Shown here piece by piece: positions 18,505 through 27,524 of a stretch of DNA of 32,000 nucleotides; position 1 is the first letter of the stretch; every line of letters begins with the position of its first letter. Made by a program: the position numbers and the translations under genes. Under the pieces are notes generated by a model that was not told the DNA's origin, searched no databases, and saw only the letters and a list, made by a program, of their open reading frames with translations. Location: assembly GCF_000354175.2 (NCBI RefSeq), contig NC_022349.1, forward strand, positions 600,001 to 632,000, in the 5' to 3' direction. Source of the DNA: Vibrio alginolyticus NBRC 15630 = ATCC 17749. GTDB lineage: Bacteria > Pseudomonadota > Gammaproteobacteria > Enterobacterales > Vibrionaceae.

Positions 18505-18518
18505 GTTTGCAGCTAAGC

Positions 18519-18785
18519 TTATTTGTTCTTTTTGCCTACGCCCAGGTTTTCTTTTTGAGCTAGGGTGATTTTGCTAAAGCCTAATTTTCTGAAGTAGTTG
18601 TCGCGGTAGTTTCGCACCGCTTTAGTGTCAGACACTGCTTCGATTTGTTGCTCCATCTTTAGGAACTCAGTGATATCGATACCTTCTGCCTCTGCAACTG
18701 CTTCTTGAATGTTGCGGTGTTGCTGGTATGAGAACGTCAGTTCTTTGTCTTGGTCTTTGTAAGTGTAAAGAATGGTGCGAGCCAT
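18519..18785 (-). CDS. Small conserved hypothetical protein (DUF2960-like, from memory)
   Basis: 88 aa, charged and soluble, with its own terminator. It follows the moeA fusion gene on the same strand. Confidence 0.6.
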   Translation of the reverse strand: MARTILYTYKDQDKELTFSYQQHRNIQEAVAEAEGIDITEFLKMEQQIEAVSDTKAVRNYRDNYFRKLGFSKITLAQKENLGVGKKNK

Positions 18786-18822
18786 AGCTGTCTCTCTAAA
18801 AAGGTTTCTGTATTAAACAAAA

Positions 18823-18848
18823 AGGCCAGACTCGCTGACCTTTGAATT
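18823..18848 (-). terminator. Weak candidate terminator after mobB-moeA
   Basis: Minus strand: GGTCAG-cgagt-CTGGCC (one G-U pair) followed by TTTTTGTTT, 12 nt after the stop. Confidence 0.35.
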
Positions 18849-18859
18849 TCTAGTTTGAG

Positions 18860-20638
18860 CTAGATTCTGCCTTGAAGTGGGATAATTGTCACGCTTTCTC
18901 CCGCTTTTACTGTATCAATAGCTGGGGAGATTTCGATCAAACAGTTTGCCTCACTCATTGAGCGCAAAATACCAGAACCTTGCTTGCCTGTTGTACGAAC
19001 GGTTAAACGGCCAGTTTCATCCAGTTCATAGACGCCACGGCTAAACTCGGTACGACCTTGTCGAGAGCGAAGGTTTTCAGTCGCGATGGCATTCACTTTC
19101 AGAGGCTTCCACCCTTGTTCGCCTTGCATCTTACGCAGTGCAGGCTCAACAAAGTTGATGAATGAAACCATCACGGCAACAGGGTTGCCCGGCAGACCAA
19201 AGAACGGCTTGTTGTTGATTTGACCAAACGCTAATGGACGTCCCGGACGCATATTGATTCGCCAAAAATCGATTTGACCAAGTTTATCCAAGGCAAGTTT
19301 GATGTAATCCGCATCACCAACAGATACGCCACCAGAAGTCATAACCACGTCTGCTTGAGCCGATGCGTTTTCCAACGCTTCAATCATTAACTGTTCGTTG
19401 TCTTCCAGAATACCGAAATCCAAGATCTCGCAGCCGAGCTTTTCAAGCATGCCCATGATGGTAAAACGGTTGGAATCGTAGATAGAATTCGCTTTTTGCT
19501 CTGTTCCCGGCGCTTGTACTTCGTCACCGGTGGAGAACACGGCAACTTTCAATTTGCGGAATACATTCGCTTCACCAAAGCCAAGCGAAGCGATCATGCC
19601 CATTTCTGGAGAGGCGAGGCGAGTGCCTGCGGTAAAGACATCACTGCCGATAGCGAGATCTTCACCTGCTTGACGAACGTTTTGGCCTGCTTTGATATGC
19701 GCACCGTTAAAAGTGACCCTGTCACCTTTTTGAGTGGCTTGCTCACGCATGACCACTGTATCGCCGTTACGTGGTGTTGGTGCGCCAGTCATGATCTTAA
19801 CTGCTTGACCAACTTTCAGAGGCTGATCGTAAGCATGGCCCGCCATCACTTCAGCAATCACTTGGTAGCTATCACGCTCAACATCATCACTGCGGATGGC
19901 ATAACCGTCCATCGCGGAGTTGGTGTATTGCGGCACATTTACTGGTGAAACGATATGTTCCGCAAGAACGCGCCCGTAAGCATTTTCAATCCTGCATGCT
20001 TCTATTTCCGAAACCGTGTTCACCAAAGAAAGGATTTTTTCTTGGCCTTGAACCACAGAAAGGAAAGCCGGAGAAAGTGTGTCGCAACATGCGGCGTCTT
20101 TCTCTTTGTTTTTTGGTGCTTTCGCTTCTTGAACATACTGAATAACGAACTGAGCAATCGCCTCAAGATCGTTGATGTTCATTTGTGGCAGTTCAGAGTC
20201 CAACTCGCCGCCGTCTGACGCGATAGCGATGATGTTTTCATCGTGAGGGTAAAGCCAAGGTTCACCCACTTCTTCACGGTGCAATTCAATTTTAGGAAAC
20301 GCGATGTTTTTACAGCCTTCAACCAAAACCACATCGAGCTTGTCTTCATCAAAACGAGTTAAGAGGTATTCAAACTCCGCTTCGGCTTCTGGCGTTTCTG
20401 TCATTAACGCAAAACGGTTGCGAGAAGCAATCAGCATTTGAGACGCGCCAGCTTTGCGTAAACGGTAGCTGTCTTTACCCGGCTTATCGACATCGAAGTT
20501 GTGGTGCGCATGTTTTAGCATGCCAATGCGTAAACCTGCTTCAGTCAGCTTTGGCAATAGGGCTTCAAGTAGCGTGGTTTTGCCTGTGCCTGAATAAGCT
20601 GCAAAACCAAGAATAGGAATGTTTAGCGTGTATTTCAT
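18860..20638 (-). CDS. moeA: Fusion protein MobB (GTP-binding MGD-synthesis adaptor) + MoeA (molybdopterin molybdenum/tungsten transferase)
   Basis: 592 aa. N-terminal about 170 aa has the MobB P-loop [15 protein letters not shown]. The remaining roughly 420 aa are MoeA-like (SAMDGYA..., [16 protein letters not shown]). The start forms an ATGA overlap with the mobA stop. Confidence 0.9.
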   Translation of the reverse strand: MKYTLNIPILGFAAYSGTGKTTLLEALLPKLTEAGLRIGMLKHAHHNFDVDKPGKDSYRLRKAGASQMLIASRNRFALMTETPEAEAEFEYLLTRFDEDKLDVVLVEGCKNIAFPKIELHREEVGEPWLYPHDENIIAIASDGGELDSELPQMNINDLEAIAQFVIQYVQEAKAPKNKEKDAACCDTLSPAFLSVVQGQEKILSLVNTVSEIEACRIENAYGRVLAEHIVSPVNVPQYTNSAMDGYAIRSDDVERDSYQVIAEVMAGHAYDQPLKVGQAVKIMTGAPTPRNGDTVVMREQATQKGDRVTFNGAHIKAGQNVRQAGEDLAIGSDVFTAGTRLASPEMGMIASLGFGEANVFRKLKVAVFSTGDEVQAPGTEQKANSIYDSNRFTIMGMLEKLGCEILDFGILEDNEQLMIEALENASAQADVVMTSGGVSVGDADYIKLALDKLGQIDFWRINMRPGRPLAFGQINNKPFFGLPGNPVAVMVSFINFVEPALRKMQGEQGWKPLKVNAIATENLRSRQGRTEFSRGVYELDETGRLTVRTTGKQGSGILRSMSEANCLIEISPAIDTVKAGESVTIIPLQGRI

Positions 20639-21222
20639 GATTCTAATTGTCCAAATTGCGCCAGTTCTTCCGGAGTGTTCAAGTTGACGAAACAGTTTGG
20701 TGAGTCGCTAAAGTCAACGTAACTGGTGTTGCACTCTTTGTAGAGCAGAATGATTTTTCGGTCGCCACGTTCTAAAAATGCGGTGAGTTTTGGCATTACG
20801 CGCTTGTGGTAGAGCGTAAAAACAGGTTGCTGATGGTCACCATCATGCGCGACCAAAATATCACTGTCTTCTTGGGCGGCTTGGCAGAAACGCTCGACAA
20901 GGTCGGTGTTAATTTGTGGACTATCGCAAGGTACAAATCCGACCCAGTCAGTTTCAGCATGCATCAAACCCGCGTGAATACCGCCCATAGGCCCAGGGAA
21001 ATCTTTGAATTGATCACTAAATACGAAACCAAATTTGCTGTACGCATCTTGGTTTCGGTTGGCATTAATTAAAATGCGTGGAGTTTGTGGAGATAAACGT
21101 TCAATAACGTGTTCGATGAGTGGCTTCTGATTTAACTCAATCAGACCTTTATCTTTTCCACCCATACGGCTGGCTTGGCCACCAGCCAAAATGACCCAAC
21201 TAGTTTGTGTTGGTTGAAGCAT
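20635..21222 (-). CDS. mobA: Molybdenum cofactor guanylyltransferase MobA
   Basis: 195 aa from the ATG at 21222 ([26 protein letters not shown]). This matches the E. coli MobA N-terminal LAGGxxxRMGG motif and its length. The start lies 23 nt inside the upstream ATPase gene. Confidence 0.88.
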   Translation of the reverse strand: MLQPTQTSWVILAGGQASRMGGKDKGLIELNQKPLIEHVIERLSPQTPRILINANRNQDAYSKFGFVFSDQFKDFPGPMGGIHAGLMHAETDWVGFVPCDSPQINTDLVERFCQAAQEDSDILVAHDGDHQQPVFTLYHKRVMPKLTAFLERGDRKIILLYKECNTSYVDFSDSPNCFVNLNTPEELAQFGQLES

Positions 21223-21919
21223 ATGCATTCTCTTGGGATGTTTCTTTTGGTATGACATACAACAGAGGAGACTCTATCAAAGTCTTGTCTTTAATCCACC
21301 ACTGTTTTTTACATAAGTCGGTCAGTGCGTTGGCCTGATGGCTTGTCACCACGATACTGGAACCACGATCCAAAAGATCTTTCGCCATCACTACCAATCG
21401 TTCAATGGATTCTTGGTCTAAAGACGCACTTGGCTCATCCATCAATAAAATCGACGGTTTTAAAATCCAAGCCCTTGCCATGGCAACGCGCTGTTTTTCA
21501 CCGCCGGACAACACGGAAATATGTTCGTCCGCTAAGGTTTCTAAACCTACCATGCGCAGCGCGTGAATAACTTGAGCTCGCTTATCTTTTTGCGTGTCTT
21601 GTTGATATTTCACTCCATAGACTACGTTTTCATATACAGTGCCGTCAAAAAGGTAAGGGGATTGATGGAGATAAATCACATCGACACGACCATTGCGACA
21701 CGTCAGTCTTTTCAGCCACGTATCTTTTGGCGCAACAACATCGCCAGTAGAGGGTTTGAGCAAGCCAGCAAGGATTTTGAGTAGGGTAGTTTTGCCCACA
21801 CCATTGTCACCCTTGAGATAAATGGCATCATTTGGGCCGATGGCTAACTCAGGGATGTGGAAAAGCACACGCTCTTTAAAGCGCATGGATAACTGTTCGG
21901 CGGTGATTTTTATAGTCAT
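21200..21919 (-). CDS. tupC: ABC transporter ATP-binding protein, tungstate-type (TupC)
   Basis: Walker [10 protein letters not shown], signature LSGGEKQR, Walker B ILLMDEP. The ATG at 21919 has GAGG 6 nt upstream. The track start at 21934 is 5 codons earlier. Confidence 0.85.
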   Translation of the reverse strand: MTIKITAEQLSMRFKERVLFHIPELAIGPNDAIYLKGDNGVGKTTLLKILAGLLKPSTGDVVAPKDTWLKRLTCRNGRVDVIYLHQSPYLFDGTVYENVVYGVKYQQDTQKDKRAQVIHALRMVGLETLADEHISVLSGGEKQRVAMARAWILKPSILLMDEPSASLDQESIERLVVMAKDLLDRGSSIVVTSHQANALTDLCKKQWWIKDKTLIESPLLYVIPKETSQENAYASTNTN

Positions 21920-21969
21920 AATTCGCCTCGACATGGGGTTAATGGTGAGTCGTTTGTTTGCTTCATGTT

Positions 21970-22668
21970 CTATGTTCTGAGGTAGCCTTCGCCTCTCATG
22001 CTTGATAAGAAGAAGTTTAGAGCCAACGCTAAAGATAGTAATACAATTCCTAATGCAACTCCTTGCGCAAAAGCACCTTTACTGCTTTCCATTGCGATAG
22101 CCGTGGGAATATTTCGCGTCACGCCCATAATGTTCCCACCAACCATCATTGAGCAGCCCACCTCGGTCACGATACGTGAAAACCCTGCAATGATAGCCGC
22201 AAGTAGAGGAAAGCGGGTTTCCCAAATCATCGTAGCTGCCAAGCGCGGAATGGAGACGCCCAGCGTGATGGCAGTTTCCACTGCACGACGGTCGCTAGAT
22301 TGTAATGCACCATGCATCATCGATACCAAAACAGGGAAGCAGATCACCATTTGGCCGAAGATCATTGCCTTCTGAGTGAACAGCATTTGCCAGTCTCCCC
22401 AAGGGCCAGCACGCGACAGCAACATGTACAGCAACAGGCCAATCACCACGGTAGGGACCGCTTGCAGCGTATTTACGATCGACAACAAAAACCATTTACC
22501 GCGAAAGTCGGTATACGCCAGTACAAAGGACATCAAAATAGCCGGCAATACCACTAGGGATATTGCCGTGATAGAAACACTAAAGGAGACCGCAACGATC
22601 TCCCATAGGTCTGCATCAAAATTCACCAGTAAGCGAAGCGCTTCCAGTGTTGTATCAGCAAGATTCAT
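21970..22668 (-). CDS. tupB: ABC transporter permease, tungstate-type (TupB)
   Basis: 232 aa, about 5-6 TM, with a binding-protein-dependent transport inner-membrane fold. Sits between the SBP and ATPase genes. Confidence 0.85.
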   Translation of the reverse strand: MNLADTTLEALRLLVNFDADLWEIVAVSFSVSITAISLVVLPAILMSFVLAYTDFRGKWFLLSIVNTLQAVPTVVIGLLLYMLLSRAGPWGDWQMLFTQKAMIFGQMVICFPVLVSMMHGALQSSDRRAVETAITLGVSIPRLAATMIWETRFPLLAAIIAGFSRIVTEVGCSMMVGGNIMGVTRNIPTAIAMESSKGAFAQGVALGIVLLSLALALNFFLSSMRGEGYLRT

Positions 22669-22674
22669 ATTGCG

Positions 22675-23493
22675 TTATTTGCTCTCAGCATTCGCAACAA
22701 ACAGTTGTTTACCGTTTAGGCGGAAACCATTGATAAGTTCCTGTCCGCGAGGGTTTACCAACCAATCACTGAATGCCTTCGCACCTTGGTAGTTGATCGT
22801 TGGGTAACGCTCAGGGTTAACAAGAATAACTTGGTACGGGTTAAACAGTTTTTCATCGCCTTGGAACAGAATTTCTAGATCCAATTTGTTTTGGTAAGCC
22901 AGCCATGTGCCGCGATCCGTCATGGTGTAGCCTTGCATTTCAGACGCCATGTTTAGAGTTGGGCCCATACCTTGACCTACGCTACGGTAGCCACCAAAGT
23001 TCGGTTCGATTTTAGTTTGAGCCCAGAAGCCCATTTCTTTTTTGTGCGTACCAGAATCATCGCCGCGAGAGATGAACGTTGCGTTTTTGTTTGCGATCTC
23101 TTTGAATACATCTAACACGCCTTCGTCATTTTTGATTGTTGCTGGGTCAGCTTTCGGGCCTACAATCACAAAGTCGTTGTACATTAGCTTGCGAGGTAAA
23201 ACGCCGTAGCCTTTCTCAACAAATGCGCCTTCAGCTTTTGGTGCATGTGTCATCACCAAATCTACGTCACCGTTTTCGCCCATTTTTAAGGCTTTACCCG
23301 TACCTGCAGCAATAACATCGACTTTGTAGCCCGTGTCTTTTTCAAATTGTGGAAGTAGGTAATCAAGTAAACCTGAATGGTAAGTACTGGTTGTGGTTGC
23401 AAGGCGAACGTGTTCTCCGTCTTGAGCAGAAAACGCAGAGTAACTTACAAGCGTGATTGACGTTGCAGCCAGAGTTAGCGCAATTTTTTTCAT
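22675..23493 (-). CDS. tupA: Periplasmic tungstate-binding protein TupA
   Basis: 272 aa. Sec signal MKKIALTLAATSITLVSYSAFSA. N-terminal VRLATTTSTYHSGLLDYL carries the TTTS motif I associate with TupA-type oxyanion binders. Confidence 0.82.
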   Translation of the reverse strand: MKKIALTLAATSITLVSYSAFSAQDGEHVRLATTTSTYHSGLLDYLLPQFEKDTGYKVDVIAAGTGKALKMGENGDVDLVMTHAPKAEGAFVEKGYGVLPRKLMYNDFVIVGPKADPATIKNDEGVLDVFKEIANKNATFISRGDDSGTHKKEMGFWAQTKIEPNFGGYRSVGQGMGPTLNMASEMQGYTMTDRGTWLAYQNKLDLEILFQGDEKLFNPYQVILVNPERYPTINYQGAKAFSDWLVNPRGQELINGFRLNGKQLFVANAESK

Positions 23494-23659
23494 TTTTATG
23501 TGTTCCTTTCCAATGATTCTTTGGAATCTCTCCAGGTTTTAGGGAGAAGCCTTTTTGGACGAGAGCGATTAGCGTAATACGCAAGTTGTCTCAGGGTGTT
23601 GGAATAAGCAAACATCAACATCCTTAGATCACTTAAATGCGCTCCGTATCCACCTTATA

Positions 23660-23674
23660 GCAAACAAGATGCCA
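23660..23674 (-). promoter_or_regulatory. sigma54 (-24/-12) promoter upstream of tupA
   Basis: Minus strand reads TTGGCATCTTGTTTGCT, with GG-N10-GC exact. It lies about 165 nt upstream of the tupA ATG, divergent from the sigma54 activator gene. Confidence 0.75.
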
Positions 23675-23827
23675 ACCTTTTACAAGCTTAAAGTGCTTGG
23701 TTTATGCACTAAATCATGGGGTTATTTGCATAAAAGTTTGCGTTGGTACAAAATGTCGCACTTTTTGTAGGGTATCTCTGTTTAAACTTGGTACACTCTG
23801 TCCCATCGAAATCCATCTGGGGTAAAT

Positions 23828-25279
23828 ATGTCTACTCAATCCCATCTTAGTACAAACCAACAATATAGCGCCTTTTCCGTACTGGTCGTCGATGATGAAT
23901 TAGGCATGCAAGCCATCTTGAAAAAGGCATTGGGTAAGCTTTTTTCACATGTCGATACAGCTGGTAGCATCGAAGAAGCAGAACAACTGCGTAATTCTCG
24001 ACATTATGATCTGATCTTACTGGATATTAATCTGCCAGGGCGTTCTGGAATTGAGTGGGAAGAAGCGTTTGAAGATGATGACAAACGTGCCGATGTGATT
24101 TTTATGACGGGTTATGCGGATTTAGAAATTGCCATTCGAGCGCTACAGCTCGGTGCTTCCGACTTTATCCTCAAACCATTCAACCTTGAGCAGATGTTAA
24201 AAGCGGTCAGTCGCTGTATGGATCGCCGTTTGAACGAACGCATGCAGTACGCCATGACACGCGATTACCAACGTCACAATACCTCAGAGATCATCGGCGG
24301 CTCAGAAAAAACGCGCCTGCTTAAGCAACTTATTAACCAATTTGCACCATCACGCGCTTCTGTTTTGGTGGAAGGTGAGTCGGGTACGGGTAAAGAGCTA
24401 GTTGCACGAGGTATCCACCAGGCGAGTGGGAGAACGGGCCCGTTTGTGCCAATCAACTGCGGCGCGATTGCACCTGAGCTTTTAGAGAGTGAGTTATTTG
24501 GTCATACATCGGGCGCGTTTACCGGTGCAAAAAAATCGCGTGAAGGTTTGTTCCGTGTTGCGAACGGTGGCACCTTATTTCTTGACGAAATCGGGGAGAT
24601 GCCACTTGCAATGCAGGCATCATTATTACGTGTGTTAGAGCAGCGTACGATTCGCCCTGTCGGTTCAGAAAGAGAGATCAGTATTGATGTCCGTATCGTA
24701 GCGGCAACCAACCGAAACCTGCAAGAAGAGGTCAATCAAGGTAATTTCCGCAGTGACCTCTATTACCGTTTAAACGTTCTGAAAATTGAAGTGTGTCCGC
24801 TGCGAGAGCGCAAAACCGACTTATTTGAGTTGGTGCCATTTTTCAGCAACATGCTGACGCGCGAGCTCGGTATGCCTGCGCCCAAATGGGCGCACGAGGA
24901 CATGGAAGCCATGAGTGAGTACGATTGGCCGGGAAACATTCGTGAGCTGAAAAACTTGATTGAGCGTTGTATCTTGCTTGGCAAACCACCTGCACACTAT
25001 TGGCGAGAGCTGAATGGCGGGCATTCACTGCCTAATGTATCGATTACTGTTTCTCACTCTGCTGAGTTACCAACCTTTAGAGAAGGCAAAGAATTTACTG
25101 GCGAAGGCTATCCAAACAGCTGGACGTTAAAAGAAGTCGAGAAAGCACATATTAAACAAGTCGTTAACTTGCATGAAGGCAATAAGTCTGCTGCTGCTCG
25201 TGACTTGGGCGTAGCTCGCAAGACCTTAGAACGTAAATACAAAGAATGGGATTCTGAGGATGAGGAATATGCCGACTAA
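23828..25279 (+). CDS. sigma54-dependent response regulator (NtrC family bEBP)
   Basis: 483 aa. REC (VLVVDDE, LLDINLPG). AAA+ with Walker A GESGTGKE, the sigma54-contact loop GAFTGA, and Walker B LFLDEIGE. C-terminal Fis-type HTH NKSAAARDLGVARKTLERK. Confidence 0.93.
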   Translation: MSTQSHLSTNQQYSAFSVLVVDDELGMQAILKKALGKLFSHVDTAGSIEEAEQLRNSRHYDLILLDINLPGRSGIEWEEAFEDDDKRADVIFMTGYADLEIAIRALQLGASDFILKPFNLEQMLKAVSRCMDRRLNERMQYAMTRDYQRHNTSEIIGGSEKTRLLKQLINQFAPSRASVLVEGESGTGKELVARGIHQASGRTGPFVPINCGAIAPELLESELFGHTSGAFTGAKKSREGLFRVANGGTLFLDEIGEMPLAMQASLLRVLEQRTIRPVGSEREISIDVRIVAATNRNLQEEVNQGNFRSDLYYRLNVLKIEVCPLRERKTDLFELVPFFSNMLTRELGMPAPKWAHEDMEAMSEYDWPGNIRELKNLIERCILLGKPPAHYWRELNGGHSLPNVSITVSHSAELPTFREGKEFTGEGYPNSWTLKEVEKAHIKQVVNLHEGNKSAAARDLGVARKTLERKYKEWDSEDEEYAD

Positions 25280-27308
25280 CGGCCCACAGTACAAAGGATT
25301 GTCAAAATGGACGCACCGTTTTAAAACCATGGTGCGTTATCGCTTGTTATTCTTAACCTCTGCGCCGATTTTCCTCACATTGTTAGCTCTGATCGGCATT
25401 ACCATTTATTGGTCTATTCATTACACGTGGCAAAATGCGCTGCTTGATGTCTCGGAACGTCTTGGTGTTGCAAATAACAGTGTAACGTTGTTACAGCAAA
25501 AGCAAGCCAATTACGTGCGGGCGTTTGCCGATTCGTACGATTTCCGTATTCGCATTAATAAAGGAACGCCACAAGGTGACCTGCAAAAGTGGGTCACAGA
25601 GCAGAAGAAAAGATATGCTTTAGATTTTCTCTCTTTCCAACGCGTTAATTCCATGGAAAACAAATTCCGCTTTATGGATCTCACCAAGCGCGAATCGTTT
25701 TTTGATGTACTCAATAAAGAAGAACTCGAACGCCTCGATCCTGAACTCGCCAAACGAGCAGAAGTGCCTATTCTTGCTGATGGTGACAGGGAGGCGCGTG
25801 GGTTAGTCAGTCGAACCGTGATTCCGGTATACAGCCAAGCGAATGATTTGATCGGCTTTCTGGATGGTGGTTTGCTCCTTAACAATAGTACAGTGCTGGT
25901 GGATCAAATCCGCGATCTCATTTACTTAAGTGATAATGACCGCCTTCGCCCTGTGGGTACGTTGACGGTATTTCTCGATGATTTGCGTGTGAGCACCAAC
26001 GTTCCTCTAGACAGCGATCATAGACTAGGGCGCGCCATAGGCACTCGCGTGAGCGCAGAAGTGTATAACCAAGTACTTTCGAAGGGTGAACAGTGGGTTG
26101 ACCGAGCATATGTGTATGACGCTTGGTATATTACGGCGTATCAACCGATCAAAGACCAATACGACAACGTCATTGGTATGCTTTATACCGGTTACCTAAT
26201 GTGGCCATTCGTTAAAGCCTACATGACCAACATTGCCGAAATCAGCTTGATTACGGTTATGTTATTGCTGGTTTCTGGCGTGATGGTATATCGCGGTTCT
26301 TATGATCTGTTTCGACCGATCGAACGCATTCACAAAGTGGTGAAGCAGGTCCAACAAGGTAAAGAAAAACGGATTGGCCCGTTAGGATTAGATGCCGATC
26401 ATGAACTTGCGCAGTTAGCCAGACAGTTTGATGATATGTTAGACGCGCTAGAAGAGCGCAAAATTGAACTGAAAAACTCCGCAGCTCAACTTGAATGCAA
26501 AGTTCAAGAGCGTACGGCAAGCCTGAGAGAAAAAACCCAAGATCTTGAGCTGCATATTCAATTGCTTAACCAAACTCGCGACAAACTCGTTGTTCATGAA
26601 AAACTGGCAGCATTGGGAGAACTCACCGCGGGGATTGCTCACGAAATTAATAACCCAACCGCCGTGATTCTTGGCAACGTAGAATTGATCCATTTTGAGT
26701 TGGGTGACGATGCAAGTCGAGTACAAGAAGAAATTGATGCGATTCACGCGCAAATTGATCGTATCCGCAATATCACACGCAGTTTATTGCAATACAGTCG
26801 CCAAGGCGGTGTTCAAGATGAAATCACTTGGCAACATGTCAATCCTATCATTGATGAAAGCATCACCTTGGTTAAAACTGGCACCAAGAAACGCGACGTT
26901 GAGTTTGTGACTGACCTACAAGCGCATACGTCCGTCGAGATAAACCGTCACCACTTGCTACAAATCTTAGTTAATTTGCAAATGAACGCCATTCACGCAA
27001 TGAGCGGTAAAGGCACGTTAACAGTAGTCAGTGAAGACTGGATTGACGAGGGAGAAGTGAAAGGAGCCGCGATTCATGTTATCGATGAGGGCTGCGGTAT
27101 TAAACCAGAAAACTTGAGTCGAATCTTCTCGCCATTTTACACAACGAAACGAGAAGGCACAGGGTTAGGGCTATCGGTCTCCCAAAGTATTCTCAGCCAA
27201 ACGGGTGGTGAGTTAAAAGCAGAGTCTGAATGGGGAAAAAGCAGTAAATTCAGTATTTATTTACCTAAAAAAGCCGAACTGATCCTAGAGGTGACGAACA
27301 TCGCTTAG
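25269..27308 (+). CDS. Sensor histidine kinase with a large periplasmic (Cache-like) domain, HAMP, HisKA and HATPase_c
   Basis: TM around residues 25-50 and 320-345, bracketing about 270-290 aa. H-box AGIAHEINNPTAV, N-box LVNLQMNAIHA, G-boxes IDEGCGI and GTGLGLSVS. The ATG at 25269 has GAGGA 8 nt upstream. The track's ATG at 25260 is also possible. Either start overlaps the RR stop. Confidence 0.9.
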   Translation: MPTNGPQYKGLSKWTHRFKTMVRYRLLFLTSAPIFLTLLALIGITIYWSIHYTWQNALLDVSERLGVANNSVTLLQQKQANYVRAFADSYDFRIRINKGTPQGDLQKWVTEQKKRYALDFLSFQRVNSMENKFRFMDLTKRESFFDVLNKEELERLDPELAKRAEVPILADGDREARGLVSRTVIPVYSQANDLIGFLDGGLLLNNSTVLVDQIRDLIYLSDNDRLRPVGTLTVFLDDLRVSTNVPLDSDHRLGRAIGTRVSAEVYNQVLSKGEQWVDRAYVYDAWYITAYQPIKDQYDNVIGMLYTGYLMWPFVKAYMTNIAEISLITVMLLLVSGVMVYRGSYDLFRPIERIHKVVKQVQQGKEKRIGPLGLDADHELAQLARQFDDMLDALEERKIELKNSAAQLECKVQERTASLREKTQDLELHIQLLNQTRDKLVVHEKLAALGELTAGIAHEINNPTAVILGNVELIHFELGDDASRVQEEIDAIHAQIDRIRNITRSLLQYSRQGGVQDEITWQHVNPIIDESITLVKTGTKKRDVEFVTDLQAHTSVEINRHHLLQILVNLQMNAIHAMSGKGTLTVVSEDWIDEGEVKGAAIHVIDEGCGIKPENLSRIFSPFYTTKREGTGLGLSVSQSILSQTGGELKAESEWGKSSKFSIYLPKKAELILEVTNIA

Positions 27309-27335
27309 TCACTTTTTTGAAGTATTAATGGAAAA

Positions 27336-27364
27336 AGAGCCACTGACGATAGTGGCTCTTTTTT
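27336..27364 (+). terminator. Rho-independent terminator after the histidine kinase gene
   Basis: AGAGCCACT-gacgat-AGTGGCTCT followed by TTTTT. Confidence 0.85.
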
Positions 27365-27524
27365 GTATTTAATGACGCATTTATGTTTGCGCTTTTGCTT
27401 CTTAGAAACCTTACAATGATTTTACTTGGAGTGAATTAATAAAAACAACACTTGCAGTATGTAGCATGAACAAGTACCGTTGCCCGGTTTTTCTAAATAC
27501 ACCCCAATTGCTAAGGTAAAGGTT

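Noticed and set aside
19496-20218. Plus-strand ORFs of 150, 66 and 87 aa inside mobB-moeA
   Set aside because: They lie antisense to a gene with unambiguous MobB and MoeA motifs, so they are shadow ORFs.
21998-22792. Plus-strand ORFs of 125, 81 and 138 aa plus a minus-strand 66-aa ORF over tupB/tupA
   Set aside because: They overlap well-supported transporter genes, and their composition is typical of out-of-frame or antisense reading.
23744-23760. TTGGTACAAAATGTCGCA as a possible sigma54 promoter for autoregulation of the response-regulator gene
   Set aside because: The GG to GC spacing is 11 nt rather than the required 10, and the -24 element is TGGTAC. The other TTGGTAC copies (23788, 30361) also lack a correctly spaced GC. 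They are kept only as possible activator-site components.
24274-26753. Numerous 60-124 aa minus-strand ORFs within the RR and HK genes
   Set aside because: The plus-strand frames carry complete REC/AAA+/HTH and HisKA/HATPase signatures. The antisense ORFs have no independent support.
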